From a virus, in the IMG/VR virus record IMGVR_UViG_3300047564_006544, positions 1 to 64,000 of that record: a stretch of DNA of 64,000 bases; one strand, given 5' to 3'. This document shows positions 39,329 to 48,689 of this stretch, piece by piece. The translations under genes were made by a program, and so were the position numbers. The notes under the pieces were generated by a model, which worked only from the letters and a program-made list of their open reading frames with translations, ran no database searches and was not told where the DNA came from. Position 1 is the first letter of the stretch. Each line of letters opens with the position of its first letter.

Positions 39329-41041
39329 CTAAAATTTACAAGTAGTTAGCTTTACTGTTGCAACCCAAGCAGATGGATAGAAGGATAGTGCGGGGTGATT
39401 ATCAAATACATTTATTTGTATTATATTTGTTCCTCCAAGGGTCATTGTTGCCCCTACCCATCCCGGTCCAGCAGTAAAATAAGGTGTTCTTGATATATAG
39501 GTAATAAGTGGAGCAGATATTGATCCTGGGGCTGGAGTTGTAACTGGTCCAAACCCCATTGATTCAATCTTATATGCTCCAACTTCTTGAATTGGTCCAG
39601 CTAATTTTCCAACCAACATTACAGATATGTGGTATGCTGAATTTAAATCCATACTATAATTTGCGCCAAGACCATCAATGCTGAGAACTAATCCTGGTGG
39701 ACCAAATGGATTAAGAATCTTACCCCTTACGGTATATTCGCTTGTTTGGGCATCGCCAACTACGGCAAACTTTCCAGATCCATGAGCAAATTCACCCTGT
39801 ACTTTTGATAATGAATCAACACCAAATGTTAATGATGCTTTTCCAAATACTCCATTGCCAACTCCAAATACTGCTGAATCATCTGCACCAAAATTAGTTA
39901 GATTTTGAGTTCCAGCAGATATTGAATTTTTTGCCTTTATAGAATTTTTGAAACCAGATATATTTGTTCTTTGTGCATCTGCGCTAATTCCACCGTCATT
40001 ATCTGCTGAGTTTTCCTCTCCAGATACGGCATTATAATTTCCACGAACATAATTCTTTGTTCCAGATACTATATTACCATCATCATCTACGTCAGAAACA
40101 TACCCAGTTACAGCATTAAAATCTCCCTCTACCTCATTTTCTCTTCCGGTTATAAGGGAGTTATTTGCAGATGATAGGTGCTCTCTTCCTCCGACAAGAT
40201 TTGTCGAGCCGCCAGCTATATTATTTGCCTCTCCAGATACTAAAGATCCGGTAGATGCTACTGTATTTGAGTTTCCAAATACTGCAGCATTATTTGCTGA
40301 TGCAGTATTTGATGCTCCTCCTACAAATGAGTTTTGACCTGATGCAGTATTTTCTGCTCCAGCTGCAAATGAAGAGGTTCCACTCGCCGTGGTATTTCTA
40401 CCTAGTGCTGCAGAGTAATTACCTCTGCTACCATCATTCCATTGAGTTGACTCTACGCTTCCTGCTCTAAAGGCACCTTTTGATTTATCAAAAAGAAATC
40501 TTTCATTACCCTTTGTTCCATCGTTCATATCATCAAGCTTTGATGATCCGTAAACAAAGTCCATTCCTGTTGTATAGTCTGTATCGGCTTGCCTTACTAC
40601 ATCATCAACTGTATCTGAGTTTGTATCTGCAGTTTCAAAAGGAGAAGAACCAATGACTACTGATGCAACTGCAGCATCAGTATATTCATACACTTCTCTT
40701 AGGTCAAGATAATAATATCTTGTTCCATCAATATCCTGATACTCTGGTATTGCAGATGCCTGATCTTCAAATCTTGCGACATTATTTACCTCAACAGCAT
40801 TATCGGCAAGATTCTGGTGCTGCAACTTTGACTTAACATGAGCAACCAAATCAATTTTTCCTGCATGACCATCATATGGCTCTCCGTCGTGAACGTGACC
40901 TGTTAGCCTTGGATCATCTGCATCTAATAGGGAGCCTTCATAACTTCCATATAGGCCTCCAAACCAAGAGTTTGCAACATCCGCAGTTACTATCGTGGAG
41001 CCAGAAGTATATTTTGTTAATTTTTTGCTTGAGGTTGCCAT
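39329..41041 (-). CDS. Tail fibre / adhesin-like protein with YadA-head-like beta-roll repeats
   Basis: GHVHDG N-terminal motif; FLFDKSKGAFRAG; repeated (N)TASG..S.A.G 14-mers. Confidence 0.75.
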   Translation of the reverse strand: MATSSKKLTKYTSGSTIVTADVANSWFGGLYGSYEGSLLDADDPRLTGHVHDGEPYDGHAGKIDLVAHVKSKLQHQNLADNAVEVNNVARFEDQASAIPEYQDIDGTRYYYLDLREVYEYTDAAVASVVIGSSPFETADTNSDTVDDVVRQADTDYTTGMDFVYGSSKLDDMNDGTKGNERFLFDKSKGAFRAGSVESTQWNDGSRGNYSAALGRNTTASGTSSFAAGAENTASGQNSFVGGASNTASANNAAVFGNSNTVASTGSLVSGEANNIAGGSTNLVGGREHLSSANNSLITGRENEVEGDFNAVTGYVSDVDDDGNIVSGTKNYVRGNYNAVSGEENSADNDGGISADAQRTNISGFKNSIKAKNSISAGTQNLTNFGADDSAVFGVGNGVFGKASLTFGVDSLSKVQGEFAHGSGKFAVVGDAQTSEYTVRGKILNPFGPPGLVLSIDGLGANYSMDLNSAYHISVMLVGKLAGPIQEVGAYKIESMGFGPVTTPAPGSISAPLITYISRTPYFTAGPGWVGATMTLGGTNIIQINVFDNHPALSFYPSAWVATVKLTTCKF

Positions 41042-41042
41042 T

Positions 41043-41324
41043 TTATTTATTCTTTACTTTATCTTTAATATAAGTAGATGGCTTAAACTTTACAGACAAA
41101 AATTCATCCAATACCATTTCTTGCATTGTCTTTGGATTTCTTACCGGTCTTGGCTTCTGCTTATATAGCGTAAATTTTCCAAAATTAACTATAGAAATTT
41201 CATTTCCTGATGAAAGCTCTTCTGTAATGCAGTCGAAAAGAACATCTATCATTTGTGAGCTTTCTTTTATTGAAAATAAAGTTTTTTCTGATAACTTTCT
41301 TGCTAATTCTTTTTTGTTAACCAT
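41043..41324 (-). CDS. hup: HU/IHF-family DNA-binding protein
   Basis: NKKELA, ISIVNFGKF, RPVRNPKT, VKFKPS. Confidence 0.92.
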   Translation of the reverse strand: MVNKKELARKLSEKTLFSIKESSQMIDVLFDCITEELSSGNEISIVNFGKFTLYKQKPRPVRNPKTMQEMVLDEFLSVKFKPSTYIKDKVKNK

Positions 41325-41380
41325 TTCTCATATCCTTAGTTTTATTATACATACTATATAAGTATAAATAGTAAATATGA

Positions 41381-41584
41381 CTAGATTATATCTACGTCCG
41401 AAAAACTATTCGCATGAGAACTTGACTTTTTTAAATCTTCGGCAAGTTTTTCAATATTTGATTTATAAAACTCAACAATCCTCTTGAATTCTTCATCTTC
41501 CATTACTAAGATGTCAATTCCATAGTTTTGGTATAGTTTTTTTATTCTCTCTAATATTTTTTCTTCACTAATTTTTTTCTTCAT
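41381..41584 (-). CDS. Hypothetical protein
   Basis: 67 aa in the operon. Confidence 0.55.
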   Translation of the reverse strand: MKKKISEEKILERIKKLYQNYGIDILVMEDEEFKRIVEFYKSNIEKLAEDLKKSSSHANSFSDVDII

Positions 41585-41948
41585 TATGCTTCACTATATT
41601 CTTACATATATTAATAATTTCTTCTTTTTCCATTTTTTGTTTGAAAGAATTTACGCAATAAATACACCAAACTATATTTTCTTTTTTATATCCAAGTTCT
41701 GATTTTTTACAATCAAGTGTCATCTTATATGGATCGTGAAGAATTGATTTATTAGCTTTTGATATGTTCATTTCTAGGCCAGAATAAAAACACCTACCAT
41801 CTTGAGATATAAACTGATGAATTATATCATCAATAGATATCTCAAATGGTAGGTTCTTTTTTGCTGCTCTTCTGTTTGCAGCACGATGGGCCTTCTGAAA
41901 CATCGACAGTGCTTTTTTATCAATTAAATTGTTCCAGAATGCGCTCAT
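41568..41948 (-). CDS. HNH-like endonuclease
   Basis: RAAKKNLPFEI...QDGRCFYSG...TLD....LGY.KENIVWC...VN.FK. Confidence 0.7.
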   Translation of the reverse strand: MSAFWNNLIDKKALSMFQKAHRAANRRAAKKNLPFEISIDDIIHQFISQDGRCFYSGLEMNISKANKSILHDPYKMTLDCKKSELGYKKENIVWCIYCVNSFKQKMEKEEIINICKNIVKHNEEKN

Positions 41949-41956
41949 AATATTTC

Positions 41957-42205
41957 CTATGCTGACTTATTTAAAACATTTACCATTACTCTCTGGTTTG
42001 ATTTTGCACCAGCTGCTTTTGCAATTGTTCTAATTGCATTTGCAATACGGCCCTGCTTTCCAATAATCTTGCCAACATCTGAGGCTCCAACACGAACCTC
42101 ATAAAGTGGACCCTTTGGTGAGCTTACCTCGGAAACTGCTACGGCAGCAGGATCATCTACAATGGCCTTAATCATAGTTCCAATTAATTCAGATATACCA
42201 GTCAT
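41957..42205 (-). CDS. khpA: KH-domain RNA-binding protein KhpA (UPF0109); probable start 42205
   Basis: AIVDDPAAV.V...YEVRV..SDVGKIIGKQGRIANAIRTI; GGAG RBS before ATG 42205. Confidence 0.88.
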   Translation of the reverse strand: MTGISELIGTMIKAIVDDPAAVAVSEVSSPKGPLYEVRVGASDVGKIIGKQGRIANAIRTIAKAAGAKSNQRVMVNVLNKSA

Positions 42206-42206
42206 T

Positions 42207-42725
42207 TTATTCTCCATTTTGAATTTCAATTTTATTTGTTGTAATTTCACCCTTTGCTGGGATTGTAATGTGCAAGAGTCCATCCTTTACAGATGCTTTT
42301 GCTGCAGACACATCAAAGTCATGACTTATTAGAAAGTTTGTTGAGAAATTTCTTCTAGCAATTCCTCTTACTATTGCACCATGATGGATCTTTGGTAGGG
42401 AAGAACTTCTATTGTTTGGAACGTCAATTATAACTTCGCTTGTTACACTATCTTCAGTAAGCTCAACTTCTTGATTTGTCTTTGTTGATTTAACTATAAG
42501 CTCCTGTCCATAGTAACAAACTTCAAGATCCTTTTTTGCATATCCGGCTAAAGCAAATTCCATATGAAATCCTTCAGCATCGCACCACTGATCATACTTT
42601 GGAAAAGTACCTGCTGTTCCAACCTTCTTTATATTTGTAACTTCTCTAAAAAACTCATCATCGTGAAGAAGTAGTTGTACTATTCTTCCTGGTATTGATA
42701 TTCTGCTAGCCTTATTTCTATTCAT
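42207..42725 (-). CDS. Small heat-shock protein (Hsp20/IbpA-like)
   Basis: FPKYD, EFALAGY...LEV, HGAIVRGIARRNF, ASVKDGLLHITIP; probable start ATG 42725. Confidence 0.85.
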   Translation of the reverse strand: MNRNKASRISIPGRIVQLLLHDDEFFREVTNIKKVGTAGTFPKYDQWCDAEGFHMEFALAGYAKKDLEVCYYGQELIVKSTKTNQEVELTEDSVTSEVIIDVPNNRSSSLPKIHHGAIVRGIARRNFSTNFLISHDFDVSAAKASVKDGLLHITIPAKGEITTNKIEIQNGE

Positions 42726-43053
42726 TTTGTTCCTCAGCAATAGATTCGGTCTCTGTTTCTTTTACAATTTGTGTTGCATACCAAGTGCTTTTAGTACTAA
42801 AGTAATCAACAACTGAATATAGCGCCCAAGAAAGCACGCTTACTAGCCCACCAACTATTATTGGTGGCGCAATTTCAGATAGAAAACCAAAAAAGAATCC
42901 TACCCAAAATCCAGTACACATTGGACAGTTTATTAGTTTTCCTAGTACCTGAGAAATATTAGATACTTTTTCTCTTAGCTCTTCAAAAATAGCACCAGTA
43001 GTTATTATTATTGTAATTCCAACTAGCCCTAGGATTATAAGTTCTGTGCTCAT
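42718..43053 (-). CDS. DUF1360-like membrane protein
   Basis: Hydrophobic segments with LINCPMCTGFWVG motif. Confidence 0.7.
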   Translation of the reverse strand: MSTELIILGLVGITIIITTGAIFEELREKVSNISQVLGKLINCPMCTGFWVGFFFGFLSEIAPPIIVGGLVSVLSWALYSVVDYFSTKSTWYATQIVKETETESIAEEQNE

Positions 43054-43095
43054 GATATTAATATACTTTTTTTCTTATTGATAATCAAAATATTT

Positions 43096-44136
43096 TTATA
43101 TTTTTTCTTTTAATTTTTCATTCAGGGTCTTTTTCATCTGTTGTGCAACGTAGATGTGCTCTGTTTGAGCATGGGGAGAGTCACGAAGCTGAAGATAGTG
43201 AATAAAATCTGGAAGGTAGAATGTGCAGTATAGCTCTGTCATTCTACCTTCTGGCAGAACGTAACGAGCAAATTCTCTGAATCTCTTATACTCATCGTTT
43301 GTAATTTTTCCATCTTCCTTTGCTTTTTTTGACTCTTTCATTGCCCAATCGTAATCACGAAATGATTCGCTGGTGTTCCTGAATTTTGCCTTGAATGAAA
43401 GCTCACACCACTTAGCAGTGTCATTTGGTGACAAGTTTGGATCAAATATCTTTCCCATTATTTCCTGTATATCTACATAGGGATGAACCATATCCTGGTT
43501 GAGTGTTCGATACCTTCCGCTGGTCATGTTCCAGCTTCCTGTCCTATGACGAAGCATTTGGACTGCGATGGATAGCGGGCAGCAGATACGCCATGTTGCA
43601 CGCACATGCTCACGCACGGGTGCGTGGTGAACGTCTACCAACTCAACGGTAATCCCTGTCTCTCCAATAAGGCTGGATACATCTGGAGCACCACCGCTAT
43701 AAGGCTCTGGTGCCTTAAATCCATCTACCGTTGATGCAAGCAGCGGATCTTGTCCTTCAAAAATCTTCCAGAAGGTTGTGCTCTTATACTCGCCATTCCT
43801 ATATGCAGACTTTGCAATCTTTATGAAGTTAAAGAGATCTGTTGTAATATATGCAACCGATCCATCTTCAGACTGAGAAGACTTTACATATGGAGAGGCA
43901 AGGAATGGAGCCATTTCCCAATGCTGGTAAGATGCATCTTCTGATTCTTCTGAGGTTGAGAATGAGAAGGTTAAGGTTACCGATTCAAATGGCGAGGTAT
44001 GATTATTTTCAACTAAAAACTTTGTTACACGAATAACCTCTTCATCTGATTTTGCAGCCGCCTTTGATTCATCAAGTGTAGAAACCCAAGCAGAATTTGC
44101 AACACTTCTTAAATTTCCTGTAATTATTAAATTCAT
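43096..44136 (-). CDS. thyX: FAD-dependent thymidylate synthase
   Basis: HTSPFE, QMLRHRTGSWNMTSGRY, EFARYVLP, LRDSPHAQTE. Confidence 0.9.
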   Translation of the reverse strand: MNLIITGNLRSVANSAWVSTLDESKAAAKSDEEVIRVTKFLVENNHTSPFESVTLTFSFSTSEESEDASYQHWEMAPFLASPYVKSSQSEDGSVAYITTDLFNFIKIAKSAYRNGEYKSTTFWKIFEGQDPLLASTVDGFKAPEPYSGGAPDVSSLIGETGITVELVDVHHAPVREHVRATWRICCPLSIAVQMLRHRTGSWNMTSGRYRTLNQDMVHPYVDIQEIMGKIFDPNLSPNDTAKWCELSFKAKFRNTSESFRDYDWAMKESKKAKEDGKITNDEYKRFREFARYVLPEGRMTELYCTFYLPDFIHYLQLRDSPHAQTEHIYVAQQMKKTLNEKLKEKI

Positions 44137-45335
44137 TATTCCACCTTCTTTGCTACAGCAATAACATTCTTTCCTACAAAAATCTTCTTTGCTGCTGCCA
44201 TTACATCTTCTGCTGTTACTTTTGAAAGCTTACGGTTTGTTGCTGCAATACTTGGAATCTTCTTCTTCATAAAGTAATGATCTACGCACTTAAGAGCAAT
44301 TCCTTCTGCTGACTGCCAGCTTCTATAGATTCCTGTACGCATCTTATTCTTTGAACGCTGGACCTCTTCCTCTGTTGGAAGGGTAGTCATAGCCTTCTGA
44401 ATCTCTGCAAGAATGATGCTCTTTGCCTGCTCCATATTCTGTGGTCTAGTTGAGAAGTGGATTGAGAAAGATCCAGATGTACGATCTGTTGAATTACCGG
44501 CACCGATTCCATACACAAGGTTTGCCTTTTCTCTTACCTCTTGAAATAGTCTGCTATCCATACCATCACCAAGAATATTTCCTAGGACTGCCGCTGCATA
44601 TACCTCCTTGGAGCCATACTTGAATGAAGGCCAAGCCCAAATAACGTGAGCTTGCTCTAGATCGTTTCTTGGAACCTCTACAGTAAGAGTCTTTTTGACC
44701 TTTGTCTTTTCTGGAGTAAGAAGGAAGTTTGCCTGTCCATCCTGCTCACCAAAGTATTTGGTGATAACTGCCTCTGTCTCTGATTGCTTCATTGGAGCGC
44801 AAACAGAGATAAGCATATTCTCCTTCTTGTAGAAGGTAGAGAAGAAGTGCTTTAGGTGATCTAGCTGGATTGCATTAATTGACTCTTCTGTTCCAATTAC
44901 AGGACGGGAAAGATAGTTTGAGTAGAACTTGCTTGCAAATTCCTTTCCAAGTGCTCGATTAACAGAGTCATTTCCAGATGCAAGCTCCTCTAGGATTACC
45001 TGCTTTTCCTTGTCAAACTCGGACTCTGGAAAGGCTGGATTTGTAACCATATCATGTAGAATCTCTACTCCAGCCTCAAAGTGATCTACAGGCAGCGTAA
45101 TAAAATATACAACCTCTTCATGTGAGGTATAGGCATTTGAGTCACCGCCATAGAAAGCAATCTGGCGAGAAAGCTCAAAAGAATCGCGAGTAGGAGTACC
45201 CTTGAAGAGAAAGTGCTCAAGGAAATGAGCAGTACCATCTGGCACAGATGCCTCTCGCTCTAATGCCGAACCTGCCTGAAATGCAACCGCAATTGTGGCC
45301 AGCTTTGATGGATTTTTATTGATAATGAACTTCAT
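44136..45335 (-). CDS. M16 family zinc peptidase (insulinase-like)
   Basis: GTAHFLEHFLFKGT, NAYTS.E, EKQVILEE, GMDSRLFQEVRE. Confidence 0.92.
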   Translation of the reverse strand: MKFIINKNPSKLATIAVAFQAGSALEREASVPDGTAHFLEHFLFKGTPTRDSFELSRQIAFYGGDSNAYTSHEEVVYFITLPVDHFEAGVEILHDMVTNPAFPESEFDKEKQVILEELASGNDSVNRALGKEFASKFYSNYLSRPVIGTEESINAIQLDHLKHFFSTFYKKENMLISVCAPMKQSETEAVITKYFGEQDGQANFLLTPEKTKVKKTLTVEVPRNDLEQAHVIWAWPSFKYGSKEVYAAAVLGNILGDGMDSRLFQEVREKANLVYGIGAGNSTDRTSGSFSIHFSTRPQNMEQAKSIILAEIQKAMTTLPTEEEVQRSKNKMRTGIYRSWQSAEGIALKCVDHYFMKKKIPSIAATNRKLSKVTAEDVMAAAKKIFVGKNVIAVAKKVE

Positions 45336-45388
45336 TTTGACTCCCTAAGGATAATACTTAATTTTTTGACTTTTAATAGATACAAAAA

Positions 45389-45418
45389 TAGCCGGGAAGA
45401 TTTTAACCTGCCCGGCTA
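45389..45418 (-). terminator. Intrinsic terminator after the VWA gene
   Basis: TAGCCGGG / CCCGGCTA stem with T-run. Confidence 0.7.
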
Positions 45419-45427
45419 GTTTTTGGC

Positions 45428-46573
45428 TTACTTCTTCTTCTGTTCGATCATTACCTTCTTGCCGAAGGTAATGTGATTGAAGTGATGCTCGTTAGCCTTA
45501 ACACCACACCACATTACGCGGCACTTTGGCTTTGGAACACCGATACCGAAGCCACCATCGGTCATTACGATTAGACCATCGTAATGCTTTTCGTCTGCCA
45601 TTCGGAGAACGGGATCGACATTTGTGCCACCTCGACCGACTATGCCAAGCCTCTTTACCTTCTTCTCAAATGGCTTCGGGTCAGACTTGATCTCATGGTC
45701 AAACTGAAGCAAGTCCACCTTGACATGGGAGATCATACCGTTCAATTCCTGAAGGAAGTATTCTAGCTCTTGATCGGATACAGAGCCAGAGGTATCAATC
45801 GCAACAAGAATCTTGCTGGTGTAATCTCGCTTAGAGCCTGGGTCTTTGTAGCCGAAGCGACGGTTAGGACGCATACGGGTTGACTTTCGACCCATCATGA
45901 TAATCTGATTGATGAAGTAACGAACCTCACGCTTCCAATTTACCACAGGCTTGTTTGCAGCGATGATCTGCTGAGCAAGGTTACCGGAAATATCTCCCCA
46001 GCCCTTCTTCTCCTGCTCCTTAATAGCTTGCTCTGCGATATTACGGACCTTCTCCTTGATAATATCGTCGTCGCACTCACCCCACATTTCGTGGTCGTCT
46101 ACAAGCTCTCCCTTGCCTTCAAGGGCACCTTCTCCCTTCTCTTCCTCTTCCTTCTTAAGCTTCTCGTAGTACCACTCAGAGGACTCGTTATCTGGAAGCT
46201 GGAAGTTCTTAGGATAGAGGGCACCTTCTGGCAGACCCTCGATATGACAGTTGATTGCCATATCTGCTGCGTAATTGTAGCCCTTCATGTTGTAGTTGAA
46301 GTATTGATTACGAGAGATATGGTGAAGAAGAACGTGGAGAGCCTCATGCTTAAGGACTGCACGAAGCTGAGTGTAAGTCATCTTCTTCACAAAGTCTGGG
46401 TTGTAGTAAAGAGCGAGGTCAACACGACGAGTAGTGCCGACTGCCATTGTTGGCAAGTCCTTTCGCTCGATCTTGTTCAGATAGAGGAACACAGTACCGT
46501 AAAGAGGATAGAGAAGAACAAGAGTGGAGATTGCGGATTCAAGACTGTCACGCGCAGCACGATCATACGACAT
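45428..46573 (-). CDS. DUF2201-type metallopeptidase-like + VWA domain protein
   Basis: LYYNPDF, HEALHVLLHH, NYAADMAIN; MIDAS IDTSGS, GRGGT, MTDG. Confidence 0.88.
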   Translation of the reverse strand: MSYDRAARDSLESAISTLVLLYPLYGTVFLYLNKIERKDLPTMAVGTTRRVDLALYYNPDFVKKMTYTQLRAVLKHEALHVLLHHISRNQYFNYNMKGYNYAADMAINCHIEGLPEGALYPKNFQLPDNESSEWYYEKLKKEEEEKGEGALEGKGELVDDHEMWGECDDDIIKEKVRNIAEQAIKEQEKKGWGDISGNLAQQIIAANKPVVNWKREVRYFINQIIMMGRKSTRMRPNRRFGYKDPGSKRDYTSKILVAIDTSGSVSDQELEYFLQELNGMISHVKVDLLQFDHEIKSDPKPFEKKVKRLGIVGRGGTNVDPVLRMADEKHYDGLIVMTDGGFGIGVPKPKCRVMWCGVKANEHHFNHITFGKKVMIEQKKK

Positions 46574-46610
46574 AATTTCTCCTTGGAAAGATTGGTGTTG
46601 TGTAAAAAAG

Positions 46611-46645
46611 AATAAGAGGGGGAGGGGACGCCTCCCCCTCTTATT
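46611..46645 (-). terminator. Strong hairpin/terminator between the AAA and VWA genes
   Basis: Perfect 15-bp inverted repeat AATAAGAGGGGGAGG-N5-CCTCCCCCTCTTATT, then a T-run on the minus strand. Confidence 0.8.
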
Positions 46646-46656
46646 AAGGGTAGACC

Positions 46657-47721
46657 CTAGTTCTTAGAGTCGATACCGTATACCTTGCGGAGAACCTCGC
46701 AGAAATCTGCATCGGACTGCCAAGGCATAACGATCTTCTTTGTCTTTGGATTGGAGAGGAGAGAAGTCCAGAGGTTAGAAGCAACATCCTTTGGAACCAT
46801 GCCAAAGAACTTCTTAAGAGCCTCTGTCTGCTTCTCCTTCATCTTAGCGGCAGAGCGACCTGCAACCTCGTCAATGATGGAGTTAGCGAGTGCAGCGATT
46901 ACCTCAATGTCTGAGCAAGCAGCCTCGATCTTTGGCTCCATTTCCTCAAACTTGTCAAGAACATCTGCTGCCTTAAGCTGAGAGAATTCGTTAGTCATGA
47001 ACTTCTGGAACATAACTGCGACCTCTCGACCAACCCAGCCCTTAGCGATCTGAGTTACCATACCATCCGTATCATCGGTGAGATTCATAGCGATGATGGT
47101 ATCGGAAAGAGCAGACCAAGAACGACGAGAAGGATAGACGCGACCAGACTCGATGTTACCGACTGGTGGATCAAGAAGGTTCTGATTGCGAGCAACAAAC
47201 TCTACAACGGCAGGATGAACCTTCGCGGAACGTGCCCAATCAATCCATTCCTTTGGAGTAGGATCGAAATCGATCATAAACCAACGGTCAAGAAGAGCGG
47301 GGTCCATCTCGACAACATCGTAGTCATCATCGGCGTTAACTGCCGCTACGACACGCCAACCATCGGGAAGCCTCTCACCGTCAAGGCGACGGTCAAGGCA
47401 GATCTCGAATACTGCCTGAAGAACGTCCTTGCTGGCGCGGTTAAGCTCGTCAAAGAAGAGAATACCCTTGCTCTGAGGATCGCGAGGCCACCAGTAAGGC
47501 TTGAGGAAGGTGGTGATACCCTTCTCGGTATCAAGGTGAGGCAGACCCTTAATATCACCAACCTCACACTGAGAAAGGCGAACATCGAAGAAGGCGACAC
47601 CCTGATCGGCGGCAGCCTGCTTGATTACAGAGGACTTGCCAACACCGTGCTTTGCGCGAAGCATGATGGACTTGTCGATTGGCATTTCACGAAGAACACG
47701 CTTGGTATGAGAAACGTTCAT
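46657..47721 (-). CDS. MoxR-like AAA+ ATPase
   Basis: AKHGVGKS, DVRLSQ..GDI.GLP, ILFFDELNRA, VAAVN, MDPALLDRW, PSRRSW. Confidence 0.9.
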   Translation of the reverse strand: MNVSHTKRVLREMPIDKSIMLRAKHGVGKSSVIKQAAADQGVAFFDVRLSQCEVGDIKGLPHLDTEKGITTFLKPYWWPRDPQSKGILFFDELNRASKDVLQAVFEICLDRRLDGERLPDGWRVVAAVNADDDYDVVEMDPALLDRWFMIDFDPTPKEWIDWARSAKVHPAVVEFVARNQNLLDPPVGNIESGRVYPSRRSWSALSDTIIAMNLTDDTDGMVTQIAKGWVGREVAVMFQKFMTNEFSQLKAADVLDKFEEMEPKIEAACSDIEVIAALANSIIDEVAGRSAAKMKEKQTEALKKFFGMVPKDVASNLWTSLLSNPKTKKIVMPWQSDADFCEVLRKVYGIDSKN

Positions 47722-47830
47722 GATTTTTTTACTCCGGTAGTTGCGATTATTGAGTTAGAACGATTGTTGACTATTGACTGCTATGGGGCTTTCCCCGTTT
47801 CCGTACCGTGGCAACCTCGCCACGGCAACC

Positions 47831-47865
47831 CTATATCATAGATGGGTGCGATTTTTAGATTTTTT
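47831..47865 (-). promoter_or_regulatory. Conserved 35-bp promoter-like element, copy 1
   Basis: 29/35 identical to 56886-56920. Confidence 0.65.
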
Positions 47866-47880
47866 GAATTTGCCCATCTA

Positions 47881-48192
47881 TCACTTTTCTGAACCGACGC
47901 TCTCTGCATTTTGTAGAGCCTCATTTAAGCTGCCCAACGAAGCGAGAGAGGCTCTTAGCTTAAGGAGATTATCCTTAAGTGACTGAACATCTGGCGACTC
48001 AGAATCCCATTGTGCCTTGAATTCCTCATATTCTGCTCTTAGACCATCTGTTGTATTCTCCCCGGTTGTCTGTCTAACGCTAAGAGAAGAAACATCTGCT
48101 CTTAGTGCCTGAACTTCTGCCTCTACATTTGATAGCTTTCGGTAAATATCATCTAAAGCATTTCTAAGAAAAAGAAATTGTGAATTGTCCAT
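47881..48192 (-). CDS. Coiled-coil hypothetical protein (probable start MDNSQ)
   Basis: GGAGGA RBS before ATG 48192; heptad pattern. Confidence 0.65.
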   Translation of the reverse strand: MDNSQFLFLRNALDDIYRKLSNVEAEVQALRADVSSLSVRQTTGENTTDGLRAEYEEFKAQWDSESPDVQSLKDNLLKLRASLASLGSLNEALQNAESVGSEK

Positions 48193-48352
48193 CCGTCCTC
48201 CTTTGTGGGCCACCTTGCCGCCCGCCCCTATAGCTTAACCACCTAGCGGTGAGCGGCAACCTATTTTTTAAATCCAATCTTTTATTTTTTAAATCGGCTT
48301 TCTTTTTGCCGTTGAGTCATTCGCCTTACCCATTCCGGCTGGCGACATTATG

Positions 48353-48380
48353 AATATAGGCACCGAACCGCAGAGGTCAA
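48353..48380 (-). promoter_or_regulatory. Sigma70-like promoter TTGACC-N16-TATATT
   Basis: Close to -35/-10 consensus in a 200-bp intergenic region. Confidence 0.5.
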
Positions 48381-48398
48381 GTGCCATTCTAAAAAACT

Positions 48399-48689
48399 TT
48401 ATTCTAACTTCTGAACGCCTAACCCAACGACATGAATCTGGTATCCTTTGTTGTCTAAAATCTCGACTTCCTCCTGGTCTTCCCTTCTGACTACAAGGGT
48501 CTTTTTCTGTATGGGCGTAGGCTTTGATACCTGCTGCTCTTGTGTAGTTGGATCGGCCTGTTTTGCTGCCAAGATAGACTTAAGCTCTTCAAGTTGAGAG
48601 TGAATCTTTTCAAGCTCTCTTGAAAAGAGACCTATACCACTTTTAAGCTCTATTACTGATTTTATTGTTTCGTTTATTTTGTCGCTCAT
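48399..48689 (-). CDS. Hypothetical protein
   Basis: 96 aa, start overlaps the guaB stop. Confidence 0.65.
   Translation of the reverse strand: MSDKINETIKSVIELKSGIGLFSRELEKIHSQLEELKSILAAKQADPTTQEQQVSKPTPIQKKTLVVRREDQEEVEILDNKGYQIHVVGLGVQKLE

Noticed and set aside
37677-41041. Diversity-generating retroelement acting on the fibre genes
   Set aside because: The repeats are in-frame coding repeats without adenine-specific mismatches, and no reverse transcriptase lies in the window.
41945-41965. RBS hairpin before the HNH-like gene
   Set aside because: Only 4-5 weak base pairs and no -10 box in the loop, unlike the other two endonucleases.
46028-47986. Long plus-strand ORFs (46028-46615, 47215-47841) and similar antisense ORFs elsewhere
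   Set aside because: They shadow well-supported minus-strand genes, lack RBS or motifs, and are explained by codon bias.
47722-48398. tRNA or known riboswitch in the GC-rich intergenic regions
   Set aside because: No cloverleaf, T-loop (GTTCRA) context or recognisable aptamer; only short hairpins.
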